The notes under the pieces are model-generated. The model had not been told where the DNA came from and made no database searches. It worked only from the letters and a program-made list of their open reading frames with translations. The translations under genes and the position numbers were made by a program. 32,000 nt of DNA from Nitrosococcus oceani ATCC 19707 (GTDB lineage Bacteria > Pseudomonadota > Gammaproteobacteria > Nitrosococcales > Nitrosococcaceae). Positions 18,285-28,888 of this stretch are shown one piece after another (the first letter of the stretch is position 1; each line of letters opens with the position of its first letter). Location of the stretch: positions 1,230,001-1,262,000 of the forward strand of contig NC_007484.1 in assembly GCF_000012805.1 (NCBI RefSeq), given 5' to 3'.

Positions 18285-20219
18285 ATGCCTGTTATTACCC
18301 TTCCAGATGGTAGCCAACGCAGTTTTGACCATCCTGTTACCGTTTATGACGTAGCGGCCGATATCGGCCCGGGTCTAGCGAAGGCAGCCCTTGGGGGCAA
18401 GATCGAAGGCCGTTTGGTCGATAGTTCTTATCCCCTTGAGAAGGATACGAAACTTACCATTATTACCGAACGGGACATGGATGGCTTGGAAATTATCCGC
18501 CATTCCTGCGCGCATTTGCTGGCCCAAGCGGTCAAGGCGCTTTATCCGGAAGCCCAAGTGACTATCGGACCGGTGATTGAGGATGGCTTCTATTATGATT
18601 TTGCCTACCCTAAGGGGTTCACCCCAGAGGATCTTGAAGCCATTGAAGCCAAAATGCGAGAATTGGTGGAGCAAGATCTTTCGGTTCATCGAGAGTTGAA
18701 GTCCCGCGAGGAAGCTGTCTCTTTATTCCGCCGGATGGGGGAAGAATATAAGGCTGAGATTATCGCTTCTATCCCCTCGGAGGAGGAAATTTCTCTTTAC
18801 CGACAAGGGGATTTTGTGGATCTTTGCCGCGGGCCCCATGTGCCTTCGACCGCTAGGCTCAAAGCCTTTAAGCTTACCAAGGTGGCCGGCGCTTATTGGC
18901 GGGGTGATGCCAATAACGAGATGCTGCAGCGTATTTATGGCACCGCCTGGCCTGATAAAAAAGCCCTTAAGGCTTATCTCCATCGTCTTGAAGAAGCTGA
19001 AAAACGGGATCACCGCCGGATTGGCGCTGATTTGGATCTGTTTTCCATTCAGGAAGAAGCGGGTGGCGGCTTGGTATTCTGGCATCCCATGGGGGCGCGT
19101 ATCCGGCGGGTGATAGAGGATTTTTGGCAGGAGCGTCATACGGCGGCAGGCTATGAAATGCTCTATACGCCCCATATTGCTCACGAGGAATTATGGCAAA
19201 CTTCCGGGCATACGGATTTTTACCGAGAGTCCATGTACCAGCCCATGGAGGACGACCACCAACTTTACCAGCTTAAGCCCATGAATTGCCCTTTTCATGT
19301 GCTGATATATCAAGGTCGGCTGCGCTCCTATCGGGAATTGCCCATCCGCTGGGCGGAACTGGGTACCGTTTACCGCCATGAAATGTCTGGTGCTCTGCAT
19401 GGGTTGATGCGGGTGCGGGGGTTTACTCAGGATGACGCGCATATTTTCTGTCGCGAAGAGCAGATTGAGAATGAAATTCTGGGTATCCTTGATCTGACTC
19501 TAGAAATGCTAGCGGCGTTTGGTTTTGACCGTTATGAAATTGACCTTTCTACGCGGCCGGAAAAATCGGTGGGGCCGGAAGCAATTTGGGAGCAGGCAAC
19601 CCAAGCGTTGCGTTCAGCATTGGATAAGAAGGGCTTGGATTACGCTGTGGACGAAGGCGGTGGTGCTTTCTACGGCCCCAAGATCGATATTAAAATCGAG
19701 GATGCCATTGGCCGTAAATGGCAGTGCTCTACGGTCCAGCTAGACTTTAATCTGCCGGAGCGTTTTGCGATGGAGTATGTGGCCGAGGATGGCGCTCGCC
19801 ATCGTCCTATTATGATCCATCGAGCGGTGTTAGGTTCTTTAGAACGTTTTTTTGGTGTACTTATTGAGCACTACGAAGGTAAATTTCCGCCTTGGCTCGC
19901 GCCTGTACAGGTTGTCGTGATGAGCATCACTGATCGGCAGGAGGGATATGCCCGCCAAGTGGAAGAAGCGATGAGAAATAAAGGTTTTCGTTCTCTTTTG
20001 GACTTGAGAAATGAGAAAATCGGTTTTAAAATCCGTGAGCACATTTTGCGCCGGATTCCTTATTTGTTAGTCATTGGAGATCGGGAGGTGGCAAACCAGA
20101 CCGTGGCCGTGCGTACCCGATACAGTCAGGATCTGGGGGCGATGAGTCTTGATGCCTTTATGGAGCATCTTAGCGTTGACGTTGCTCGTCTTGGTCATAA
20201 CATTTCTGAGGAGGATTAG
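18285..20219 (+). CDS. thrS: threonine--tRNA ligase
   Basis: TGS domain start [10 protein letters not shown]. The editing domain has [11 protein letters not shown]. Class II motifs are FRESMYQ..., [21 protein letters not shown]. Length is 644 aa. Confidence 0.97.
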   Translation: MPVITLPDGSQRSFDHPVTVYDVAADIGPGLAKAALGGKIEGRLVDSSYPLEKDTKLTIITERDMDGLEIIRHSCAHLLAQAVKALYPEAQVTIGPVIEDGFYYDFAYPKGFTPEDLEAIEAKMRELVEQDLSVHRELKSREEAVSLFRRMGEEYKAEIIASIPSEEEISLYRQGDFVDLCRGPHVPSTARLKAFKLTKVAGAYWRGDANNEMLQRIYGTAWPDKKALKAYLHRLEEAEKRDHRRIGADLDLFSIQEEAGGGLVFWHPMGARIRRVIEDFWQERHTAAGYEMLYTPHIAHEELWQTSGHTDFYRESMYQPMEDDHQLYQLKPMNCPFHVLIYQGRLRSYRELPIRWAELGTVYRHEMSGALHGLMRVRGFTQDDAHIFCREEQIENEILGILDLTLEMLAAFGFDRYEIDLSTRPEKSVGPEAIWEQATQALRSALDKKGLDYAVDEGGGAFYGPKIDIKIEDAIGRKWQCSTVQLDFNLPERFAMEYVAEDGARHRPIMIHRAVLGSLERFFGVLIEHYEGKFPPWLAPVQVVVMSITDRQEGYARQVEEAMRNKGFRSLLDLRNEKIGFKIREHILRRIPYLLVIGDREVANQTVAVRTRYSQDLGAMSLDAFMEHLSVDVARLGHNISEED

Positions 20220-20222
20220 AAT

Positions 20223-20738
20223 ATCGCTGTAAAAAAGAGCACGCGCCTGAACGAAGAAATTACTTCTCCAGAAGTTCGCTTGATTGGCGTTGATGGCGAA
20301 CAAATTGGGGTCGTTTCCATTGAGGAGGCGCTGCATGTAGCGGATGAAGCAGGTGAGGACTTAGTGGAGATTGCTCCGCAGGCCGAGCCCCCCGTGTGCC
20401 GAATTATGGATTATGGCAAGTATCTGTTTGAGGAGAATAAAAAACGTCAGGCTGCAAAAAAGAAACAAAAGCAGATACAGATCAAAGAAGTTAAGTTCCG
20501 GCCAGGGACTGAAGAAGGGGATTATCAGGTCAAACTGCGCAACCTGGTACGTTTCCTGACAGAAGGGGATAAAACCAAAGTGAGTCTGCGTTTTCGTGGA
20601 CGGGAATTGGCCCACCAAGAATTGGGGCTTAAATTGCTAGAACGGGTCCGTAACGATTTAGAGGAATATGGAGTCGTTGAGCAACACCCAAAACGGGAGG
20701 GCCGGCAAATGGTCATGGTTTTGGCCCCTAAAAAGTAA
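20223..20738 (+). CDS. infC: translation initiation factor IF-3, probable non-AUG (ATC) start
   Basis: The body reads [47 protein letters not shown]...[17 protein letters not shown]. The reading frame is open back to the thrS stop and encodes [20 protein letters not shown], which is IF3 N-terminus-like. GAGGAGGA (20208-20215) lies 7-8 nt before ATC 20223. The track TTG at 20280 would cut off the conserved N-terminus. Confidence 0.85.
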   Translation: MAVKKSTRLNEEITSPEVRLIGVDGEQIGVVSIEEALHVADEAGEDLVEIAPQAEPPVCRIMDYGKYLFEENKKRQAAKKKQKQIQIKEVKFRPGTEEGDYQVKLRNLVRFLTEGDKTKVSLRFRGRELAHQELGLKLLERVRNDLEEYGVVEQHPKREGRQMVMVLAPKK

Positions 20739-20801
20739 CTAGGGTGTCTGCGCTCAGAGGTTAGACGCCTTTCCTTTAAATTAAATGCGGAGTATTCAAG
20801 A

Positions 20802-20999
20802 ATGCCCAAGCTGAAAACCAACCGCGGTGCCGCCAAGCGTTTTAAGCGCACGGCTAGCGGTAAATTCAAACACGCCCAGAGCCACCATAACCACATTCTT
20901 ACTAAAAAGAGCAGCAAACGTAAGCGTAATTTGCGCCCTTTAGCAGTAGTGAGTGCAGCGGATGGTCCTAGGTTAGATCGTATGTTGCCCTACGCTTAA
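20802..20999 (+). CDS. rpmI: 50S ribosomal protein L35
   Basis: [42 protein letters not shown], the canonical L35. Confidence 0.95.
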
Positions 21000-21011
21000 A
21001 GGAGACGGGTT

Positions 21012-21371
21012 ATGCCTAGAGTAAAACGAGGAGTAACGGCCCACGCCCGGCATAAGAAGGTGATTGCTCAGGCCAAGGGCTATCGCGGCCGGCGCAAAAA
21101 CGTCTACCGTGTTGCGAACCAGGCGATCACTCGTGCCAGCCAGTATGCCTACCGTGACCGGCGCCAACGCAAACGGCAGTTCCGCGCTCTTTGGATCGTG
21201 CGTATTAATGCTGCTGCCCGCGAGTGCGGTCTTTCCTATAGCCGCCTTATCAGTGGATTGAAACGGGCTGCAATTGAGATTGATCGTAAGGTGCTTGCCG
21301 ATCTTGCTGTCAGAGATAAGGCAGCTTTTACCACCATCGCCGAGCAAGCTAAAGTTGCGCTATCGGATTAG
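21012..21371 (+). CDS. rplT: 50S ribosomal protein L20
   Basis: [70 protein letters not shown], the canonical L20. Confidence 0.95.
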   Translation: MPRVKRGVTAHARHKKVIAQAKGYRGRRKNVYRVANQAITRASQYAYRDRRQRKRQFRALWIVRINAAARECGLSYSRLISGLKRAAIEIDRKVLADLAVRDKAAFTTIAEQAKVALSD

Positions 21372-21414
21372 CGTCTCTAGTGAGATAGGGAGCTAGTTTA
21401 TAGGGTTAGATTTG

Positions 21415-21445
21415 AAAAGGGGGAGGCAAGCTGCCTCCCCCTTTT
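21415..21445 (+). terminator. strong rho-independent terminator/attenuator between rplT and pheS
   Basis: AAAAGGGGGAGGCA-AGC-TGCCTCCCCCTTTT has a ~10-bp GC-rich stem (14 bp counting the A/T extension) followed by TTTT-CAATTT. Confidence 0.75.
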
Positions 21446-21453
21446 CAATTTAG

Positions 21454-22515
<1,062 letters not shown>

Positions 22516-22539
22516 AATTTAAATGATTGCCAGTAAACC

Positions 22540-24921
22540 ATGAAATTCAGTGAAGCCTGGTTACGAACATGGGTTGATCCAGATATCAGTAGAGAAACCC
22601 TGGTTGAACGGCTCACGTTGGCCGGGTTAGAAGTAGAAAGTACCGAACCAGTAGCAGCCCCTTTTAAGGGCGTTAAGGCTGCTAGGATAGTGGCTGTGGA
22701 GCCTCATCCCAGCGCCCCTCGTCTACAGGTTTGCCAAGTAGATATCGGGAGTGGTTCCCTCTTGACGGTGGTATGCGGCGCGCCTAATGCTCGGGCTGGG
22801 CTATGGGCGCCGCTTGCCATCATTGGCGCCCAATTACCGGCTGGTATAAGGATTGAGCTGGCGAAATTGCAAGGGGTAGAATCCTTTGGAATGCTTTGTT
22901 CTGCGGCGGAACTGGGTCTTGCTGAGCAATCAGCAGGATTATTGGAGTTACCTGAAGGAGATTTTCCTGGCGTCGATCTCCATGAATTTTTGCAATTCGA
23001 TGATATCAGTATTGAGGTTGATTTGACCCCCAACCGCAGCGATTGCCTAAGCGTTGCCGGGATTGCCCGGGAAGTGGGCGTGCTCACCCAGTCTCCCGTA
23101 ACGGAACCTGCCATCGAGCCTGTGACGGCCCAAATTGGAGATATCTTCCCGGTCACTGTAACGGCGCCAGCGGCTTGTCCCCGCTATTTAGGGCGGGTTT
23201 TAAGGGGCGTCAACCCCCAAACGCAGACGCCTTGGTGGCTCCGGGAGCGGCTTCGGCGCAGCGGTATTCGGAGTTTAGGACTGGTAGTCGATGTGACTAA
23301 TTATGTCATGCTGGAGTTGGGACAGCCAATGCATGCCTTTGACCTGGAACGGCTGAAAGGTGGCATTCAAGTGCGTTATGGGCAAGCCGACGAGGCGCTT
23401 ACTCTGTTGGATGGCACCCATTTACGGTTGGATGAAGAAACTTTGATCATTGCGGATCAGCAGCGAGCGCTTGCCTTGGCAGGGATTATGGGAGGCGAAG
23501 AATCAGGCATTAATAACCAGACTCGGCATCTATTTTTGGAGAGCGCTTTTTTCAACCCGAGCGTTATTGCAGGTCGCGCCCGCTTTTATGGTTTGCATAC
23601 GGATTCTTCCCACCGCTTCGAGCGTGGAGTTGATCCCGAATTACCGCGGCGGGCCATGGAACGGGCTACAGCTTTGCTGCTAGAGATTGCAGGGGGGCAG
23701 GCGGGACCGGTGATCGAGGTGGCAGACTCATCCCAGCTTCCTCCTCAGGCAACGATAATTTTGCGGAAGGCCCGCATTCACCGGGTTCTTGGAGTTGAGA
23801 TTGCTGAGAGCCGTATTACTGAACAATTGACTCGGCTTGGTCTGAAAGTGGAAAGAATTGAAGAGGGCTGGGAAGTGAAGGTGCCGAGTTTTCGCTTTGA
23901 TCTTGCCTTAGAGGTGGACCTTATTGAGGAATTAGGACGCTTATATGGTTATGATCGCCTTCCTAGCACCCGGCCCGTGGGGCAAATCCAGCCTGTGCTG
24001 AAAACAGAAGCGGGAGCTTTTATTGATCGTATTCGCCAGGTGCTGGTAGATCGGGACTATCAGGAGGCGATTACCTATAGTTTTGTGGACCAAGAGCTAC
24101 AGCAATTATTGGACCCTGAGGGGAGCCCGCTGGTTTTGAATAATCCGATTTCCACAGACATGGCAGTTATGCGTACTACTCTGTGGACGGGGTTAGTTCA
24201 GGCGCTGCAGTATAATTCATATCGCCAGCAAGAGCGGATTCGTTTTTTTGAATATGGTCTTACATTTAATGGCCAGTTGGCTGATCTTAAACAGGAAAGA
24301 ACGATCGCTGGTCTTATTTCAGGGGCTAGCTATCCGGAACAATGGGGATTAGTGGGCCGACCGGCCGATTTCTTTGATCTCAAGGGAGATGTGGAGGCGA
24401 TATTATCATTGGTGGGGGAGCAACGAAATTGCTTTGAGTTCATGGCGGCCTCTCACCCTGCTCTGCATCCAGGGCAGAGTGCTCAAATTCTTCGGGAAGG
24501 CCAAGCGGTGGGGTGGCTAGGCGCTTTGCATCCGTGGTTGGAGAGTAAATTGGACTTGAGCAGCCGTGCCTACTTGTTTTCCCTTCAGCTTGAGGCAGTC
24601 GAGCGGGGTAGCTTACCTGTTTTTCAGTCTTTATCTAAGTTTCCAGCGATTCGCCGGGATATTGCCTTTTTAGTGAATGCTAATATTCCCGTGCAGGTAG
24701 TTTTTGATTGCCTTAAGGGGTGCGAATCGGATATTCTTAAAGAATTCCAACTATTTGACGTTTATACGGGGAAGGGTATTGATCCTGATAAAAAAAGCCT
24801 TGCTTTAAAATTGATTCTGCAGCACCCTTCCTACACGCTGACAGACGATAGGGTTAATATCTTTATAGAACGAGTGATGGCGCTGCTAGTAACCGAACTT
24901 GGCGCCATTATTAGGGAGTGA
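22540..24921 (+). CDS. pheT: phenylalanine--tRNA ligase beta subunit
   Basis: MKFSEAWLRTWVD start, tRNA-binding domain, B3/4 and B5 domains, and a ferredoxin-fold anticodon-binding C-terminus (FPAIRRDIAFLV...FDVYTGKGI). Length is 793 aa. Confidence 0.97.
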   Translation: MKFSEAWLRTWVDPDISRETLVERLTLAGLEVESTEPVAAPFKGVKAARIVAVEPHPSAPRLQVCQVDIGSGSLLTVVCGAPNARAGLWAPLAIIGAQLPAGIRIELAKLQGVESFGMLCSAAELGLAEQSAGLLELPEGDFPGVDLHEFLQFDDISIEVDLTPNRSDCLSVAGIAREVGVLTQSPVTEPAIEPVTAQIGDIFPVTVTAPAACPRYLGRVLRGVNPQTQTPWWLRERLRRSGIRSLGLVVDVTNYVMLELGQPMHAFDLERLKGGIQVRYGQADEALTLLDGTHLRLDEETLIIADQQRALALAGIMGGEESGINNQTRHLFLESAFFNPSVIAGRARFYGLHTDSSHRFERGVDPELPRRAMERATALLLEIAGGQAGPVIEVADSSQLPPQATIILRKARIHRVLGVEIAESRITEQLTRLGLKVERIEEGWEVKVPSFRFDLALEVDLIEELGRLYGYDRLPSTRPVGQIQPVLKTEAGAFIDRIRQVLVDRDYQEAITYSFVDQELQQLLDPEGSPLVLNNPISTDMAVMRTTLWTGLVQALQYNSYRQQERIRFFEYGLTFNGQLADLKQERTIAGLISGASYPEQWGLVGRPADFFDLKGDVEAILSLVGEQRNCFEFMAASHPALHPGQSAQILREGQAVGWLGALHPWLESKLDLSSRAYLFSLQLEAVERGSLPVFQSLSKFPAIRRDIAFLVNANIPVQVVFDCLKGCESDILKEFQLFDVYTGKGIDPDKKSLALKLILQHPSYTLTDDRVNIFIERVMALLVTELGAIIRE

Positions 24922-24924
24922 CTT

Positions 24925-25224
24925 ATGGCTCTAACCAAGGCCGATATGACTGAAACCCTTTACCAGGAGCTTGGTCTTAACAAGCGGGAGGCCAAGGAGA
25001 TTGTAGAAATGTTTTTTGAAGATATTCGTTGCGCTCTAGAACAAGGAGAAGCGGTTAAGCTTTCCGGCTTTGGTAATTTTGAGCTTCGTGATAAAGGAGA
25101 ACGGCCAGGGCGCAACCCTAAGACGGGTGAAGAAATTCCTATCACTGCACGACGTGTGGTAACTTTTCGGCCTGGACAAAAACTTAAGGCGCGGGTAGAA
25201 GCCTATGCTGGAGGCAAGCAATAA
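24925..25224 (+). CDS. ihfA: integration host factor subunit alpha
   Basis: [35 protein letters not shown]...[45 protein letters not shown]. Confidence 0.95.
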   Translation: MALTKADMTETLYQELGLNKREAKEIVEMFFEDIRCALEQGEAVKLSGFGNFELRDKGERPGRNPKTGEEIPITARRVVTFRPGQKLKARVEAYAGGKQ

Positions 25225-25561
25225 TAACGAATTACCGCCGATACCTGGAAAGCGTTATTTTACTATCGGCGAGGTCAGTGAGCTGTGTCATGTAAAGCAA
25301 CATGTTTTGCGTTATTGGGAACAAGAGTTTCCACAGCTTAAACCAGTGAAACGACGCGGCAACCGACGCTACTATCAGCGTCAGGATGTCATTATGATTC
25401 GTCAGATTCGCAATCTTCTTTACGAGCAAGGATTTACTATAGGGGGGGCCCGGCAAAAACTCTCCAGTGCCGAAGCCAGGGAGGATAGCACCCAAAGCAA
25501 ACAAATTATACGCCAGCTCCGCTTAGAGCTTGAAGAGATTATGAGTTTGCTTAAAACTTAA
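25205..25561 (+). CDS. MerR-family HTH transcriptional regulator (the small MerR-like gene commonly found after ihfA)
   Basis: [45 protein letters not shown] is a MerR-type wHTH. It overlaps the ihfA 3' end by 20 nt. Confidence 0.85.
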   Translation: MLEASNNNELPPIPGKRYFTIGEVSELCHVKQHVLRYWEQEFPQLKPVKRRGNRRYYQRQDVIMIRQIRNLLYEQGFTIGGARQKLSSAEAREDSTQSKQIIRQLRLELEEIMSLLKT

Positions 25562-25606
25562 GACTTCTTCAGTTATGGAGGGTTTTAAGTTATCATACAT
25601 ACATAA

Positions 25607-25684
<78 letters not shown>

Positions 25685-25816
25685 TAGTGTACCGATATAA
25701 TTAGAACATTCACCTTGCGCCTTTCTAAGAATTGGGGCTACTTGCCTAATTTAATTGGTACCAAAGCCCTTTGCCGGTTAGTTAATAAGCGGTTAAATTA
25801 AGCTGGATAGATAAAC

Positions 25817-25838
25817 TTCTTAAAAGGTATTTTAAGAA
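25817..25838 (+). promoter_or_regulatory. perfect 9-bp-arm inverted repeat overlapping the ribosome-binding region of the acyltransferase gene
   Basis: TTCTTAAAA-GGTA-TTTTAAGAA ends 2 nt before the ATG at 25841. The only purine-rich SD-like element (AAGG) sits at the arm/loop junction. Confidence 0.4.
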
Positions 25839-25840
25839 AT

Positions 25841-26605
25841 ATGAGCAATTTAATCGCGGTGTTCAATAAATACTTCGAGGTTGTCCCTGCAAAAACAGCT
25901 GATCTTAAGAACCAATTTTTCCATTTGCGTTATCAAGTTTATTCCCAAGAACTTCAATTATCAGATTTTGAGTCTTGGCGTTACCCAGACGGCCACGAGA
26001 CTGATAAATACGACAAGCGGTCAGTATATTCCCTTTTACGTCACCGGCGGACTAAACAAATAGTGGGGGGACTGCGCCTCGTATTATGCGATTCCGTTGA
26101 TCCACTTCAACCCTTTCCTATCGAGGAGCATGCTGGGCACTACTTTGATGCTCAATTGATTGAGCCTAGCAAATTGCCGCGCCGTAATATTGCTGAAGTT
26201 TCTCGTTTGATGATAGCAAAAAATTTCCGCTGTCGTGGAAAAGAAGTGCTTTATGCTCATGGAATGGATGATTCCAGCTTCGAGGATAGATCACATACTC
26301 GGCGGCAATTTCCTCATCCGATACTAGGTCTTTTAGTAGCATTGGTGCAAACCTCCTCAGAGTATGGTATCACCCACTGGTACGCGATTATGGAACCAGC
26401 GCTTAATCGCCTTCTAGGACGGTTTGGTTTCGACCTAGAGCCGATAGGTCCAGAGGTTGATTATTATGGTATCCGGCAACCGTGCTTACAAAATATAGAC
26501 AGCGTATTAGCGCGAGTGTTCCAAAAAAACCGAGATATTTGGGAGTTAGTCACTGAATCAGGGAGAAAAGAAGGAATAGCCGAATCCGTAAGAGGAGGCG
26601 GTTAA
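25841..26605 (+). CDS. LuxI/N-acyl-amino-acid-synthase-like GNAT acyltransferase; resembles the PEP-CTERM/exosortase-associated acyltransferase family
   Basis: FEVVPAKTADLKNQFFHLRYQVYSQEL...DKYDKRSVYSLLRHRRTKQIVGGLRLVL...IAEVSRLMIAKNFR...THWYAIMEPALNRLLGRFGF. The E-x-SR motif and overall layout are like autoinducer/N-acyl amino acid synthases. The family assignment is from memory (TIGR03694-like) and was not searched. Confidence 0.75.
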   Translation: MSNLIAVFNKYFEVVPAKTADLKNQFFHLRYQVYSQELQLSDFESWRYPDGHETDKYDKRSVYSLLRHRRTKQIVGGLRLVLCDSVDPLQPFPIEEHAGHYFDAQLIEPSKLPRRNIAEVSRLMIAKNFRCRGKEVLYAHGMDDSSFEDRSHTRRQFPHPILGLLVALVQTSSEYGITHWYAIMEPALNRLLGRFGFDLEPIGPEVDYYGIRQPCLQNIDSVLARVFQKNRDIWELVTESGRKEGIAESVRGGG

Positions 26606-26693
26606 GTAATACCCGAAGCACAGCTTCCAATTAGACTAAGGTGGAAGTTTGCCTTACGCACAAAGGGACTGCGATCTTACAACACGAATAATT

Positions 26694-27155
26694 ATGCGCT
26701 TGTCTACTGTGCATCCTTGGAAGTGCCAGGTTGTTATTCGCTCTATATTTATAGCATTCATTTTTTTTTCTGTAATACAAGAAGTCAACGCCCAGCAAGT
26801 TGTCGTCAATTCAGATGTTCCAGAAACGAACTTGACTCGGGGCGCCCTTCGCGCAATTTTTAGCATGCGCCTGCGAACTTGGCCTGACGGATCGCTGATC
26901 AAAGTGTTTGTGCTGAGCGATAACTCTCCGTTACATATACAATTTTCGAAAAAAATTCTCAATATTTTCCCTTACCAGCTTCGTAGAACATGGGACCGGC
27001 TAGTTTATTCAGGTACCGGGCAAGCTCCTATTGAAGTTAACTCCATTAAAGAAATGGGCAGCAGGGTAGCTTCTACGTCGGGCGCTATTGGTTATTTACC
27101 CACTGAAAATTCGAATTCCCAGGTGCGTACGGTAAATATAGTACGGGTGAAATAG
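26694..27155 (+). CDS. secreted half-size PstS/phosphate-binding-protein-like (type 2 periplasmic binding fold) protein
   Basis: Signal IRSIFIAFIFFSVIQEVNA|QQ. The body reads LTRGALRAIFSMRLRTWPDGSLIKVFVLSDNSPLHIQFSKKIL...WDRLVYSGTGQAPIEVNSIKEMGSRVASTSGAIGYLP, which resembles one lobe of PstS-family binding proteins. I prefer the ATG at 26694 over the track TTG at 26649. Confidence 0.65.
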   Translation: MRLSTVHPWKCQVVIRSIFIAFIFFSVIQEVNAQQVVVNSDVPETNLTRGALRAIFSMRLRTWPDGSLIKVFVLSDNSPLHIQFSKKILNIFPYQLRRTWDRLVYSGTGQAPIEVNSIKEMGSRVASTSGAIGYLPTENSNSQVRTVNIVRVK

Positions 27156-27159
27156 CAAC

Positions 27160-28368
27160 GTGATTAAAGGAGCTAGAAAACCATGGTATAAGAAGAGAGC
27201 ATTTAGTGCCATGCTGCTATTGCTGGTAAATCCGTTACAGGCTGAATGGAAACTTCCCGACTCTTTTCAGATTCATGGTTTTGCCTCGCAAGCATTCATA
27301 TTGAGTACAGACAATAATTTTTTTGGCGGCAGTAAGGATAACGGGACATTTGATTTCAGAGAATTGGGGATTAATGCTTCTTGGAGGATTTTGCCCAGGC
27401 TTCAGGTTGCGGCTCAGGGGGTTGCACGCTGGGCTGGCGAGAATGACGAAGGCAGCCCAAGGTTAGACTACGGCTTGGTTGACTATGCTTTCGTGAGTAA
27501 TGCTAAGAACACTTGGGGCCTGCGGCTTGGCCGTGTAATTAATCCTATTGGTTTTTATAATGATACCCGCGACGTGGCTTTTACTCGGCCAAGTATTTTT
27601 CTACCCCAATCCATTTACTTTGATCGTACCAGAGATGTAGCACTGTCGGCGGATGGCGGCCAAGTTTATGGTGAACAGCGTACCAGCATAGGAGATTTTA
27701 TCCTCCAGTTCAATATCGCAAAACCAAGGGTTGGTACACGGGAAGAGCGGGCTTTACTCAGCCATGACTTCCCTGGTCAACTTAAAGGAGATACATCTGT
27801 ATTTGGGCGTCTCTTGTATGAGAAGGATGGGGGAGGTATTCGGTTGGGTTTTTCCTCCTTCTGGGCTAATTTTGATTTTGACTCTGCGTTGTCCACAGAC
27901 TCGATTTCTTCGGGATCAATCGAGTTTTCTCCTTTGATATTTTCAGGCCAATATAATGGGGAGCGGTTGAGTCTGACAAGCGAGGTTGCTCTAAGACATT
28001 TTAGCTATTCTGATTTTGGACCTCGTATTCCAGATACCGATTTCACTGGCCTGAGCTGGTATTTTCAAGCCACCTATCGTTTTACACCCCGCTGGTCAGC
28101 TGTCGCCCGTTTTGATAGTCTTTGTACCGAGCTTGGTGATTGTAACGGAGAAGATTTTGCTGCTAAAACCGGACAACCTGCACATCGCCGGTTTGCAGAT
28201 GATTGGATGGTAGGCCTACGTTGGGATGTGACCTCTTCCATCATGGTGAGAACAGAGTTCCACCATATTAGGGGTACTGCTTGGATAACCACTGAAGATA
28301 ATCCAAATATTAATGATCTCCACGAGGACTGGAATATGTTCTCCCTTCTGGTTTCATTTCGTTTCTAG
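27160..28368 (+). CDS. outer-membrane beta-barrel (porin-like) protein
   Basis: The GTG start is 4 nt after the previous stop. The signal is MIKGARKPWYKKRAFSAMLLLLVNPLQA|EW. Alternating amphipathic strands run throughout. The C-terminal ...MFSLLVSFRF ends with the terminal aromatic signature of OMPs. Confidence 0.7.
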   Translation: MIKGARKPWYKKRAFSAMLLLLVNPLQAEWKLPDSFQIHGFASQAFILSTDNNFFGGSKDNGTFDFRELGINASWRILPRLQVAAQGVARWAGENDEGSPRLDYGLVDYAFVSNAKNTWGLRLGRVINPIGFYNDTRDVAFTRPSIFLPQSIYFDRTRDVALSADGGQVYGEQRTSIGDFILQFNIAKPRVGTREERALLSHDFPGQLKGDTSVFGRLLYEKDGGGIRLGFSSFWANFDFDSALSTDSISSGSIEFSPLIFSGQYNGERLSLTSEVALRHFSYSDFGPRIPDTDFTGLSWYFQATYRFTPRWSAVARFDSLCTELGDCNGEDFAAKTGQPAHRRFADDWMVGLRWDVTSSIMVRTEFHHIRGTAWITTEDNPNINDLHEDWNMFSLLVSFRF

Positions 28369-28563
28369 AGATTTTTTCCGCTTAATTTTACCCCTCTATA
28401 CGTATAAACACTTATTTACTGCCTTCGCTCTTAAGTCTAATCTGTGTATGAGTGATATTCATTTGGTGCGATATAGCGCTGGCGAATATTCTCTCCATAT
28501 TTACAGCAGGTAAATAGATTCTCCGTAGGTGTACCTTATATAAGGTAGCTATCCGACGGTTTA

Positions 28564-28592
28564 GGCAGCATAGGGATGTGCTGCCAATTTTT
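28564..28592 (+). terminator. hairpin plus T-run about 200 nt downstream of the OMP gene
   Basis: GGCAGCA-TAGGGATG-TGCTGCC followed by AATTTTT. Confidence 0.5.
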
Positions 28593-28888
28593 AGCTTCCG
28601 CTCCTCACTGTCTTCTTTTCCATCCTTTACTGACTCATTGGTTATTTTATTAAGTTTTTGATTCAGTATTGGAATATTTACACTATTTTGATGGGCAAAA
28701 TGCCAATTGTATTGGATCTAAATCGGTTCACTCCATGAGAGCTAAACTCGGCAGCGTAGCTGTACCGTCCCTTTTTTCTACTAACGCCAGCCATAAAATA
28801 AAACCCTGCAATGGGTGTGTGGTTAGCTAAGAGAGTAATATGCTTCATAATTGTTATTTAGTGCCCTAATAAGCGTTAAAAATAAATT

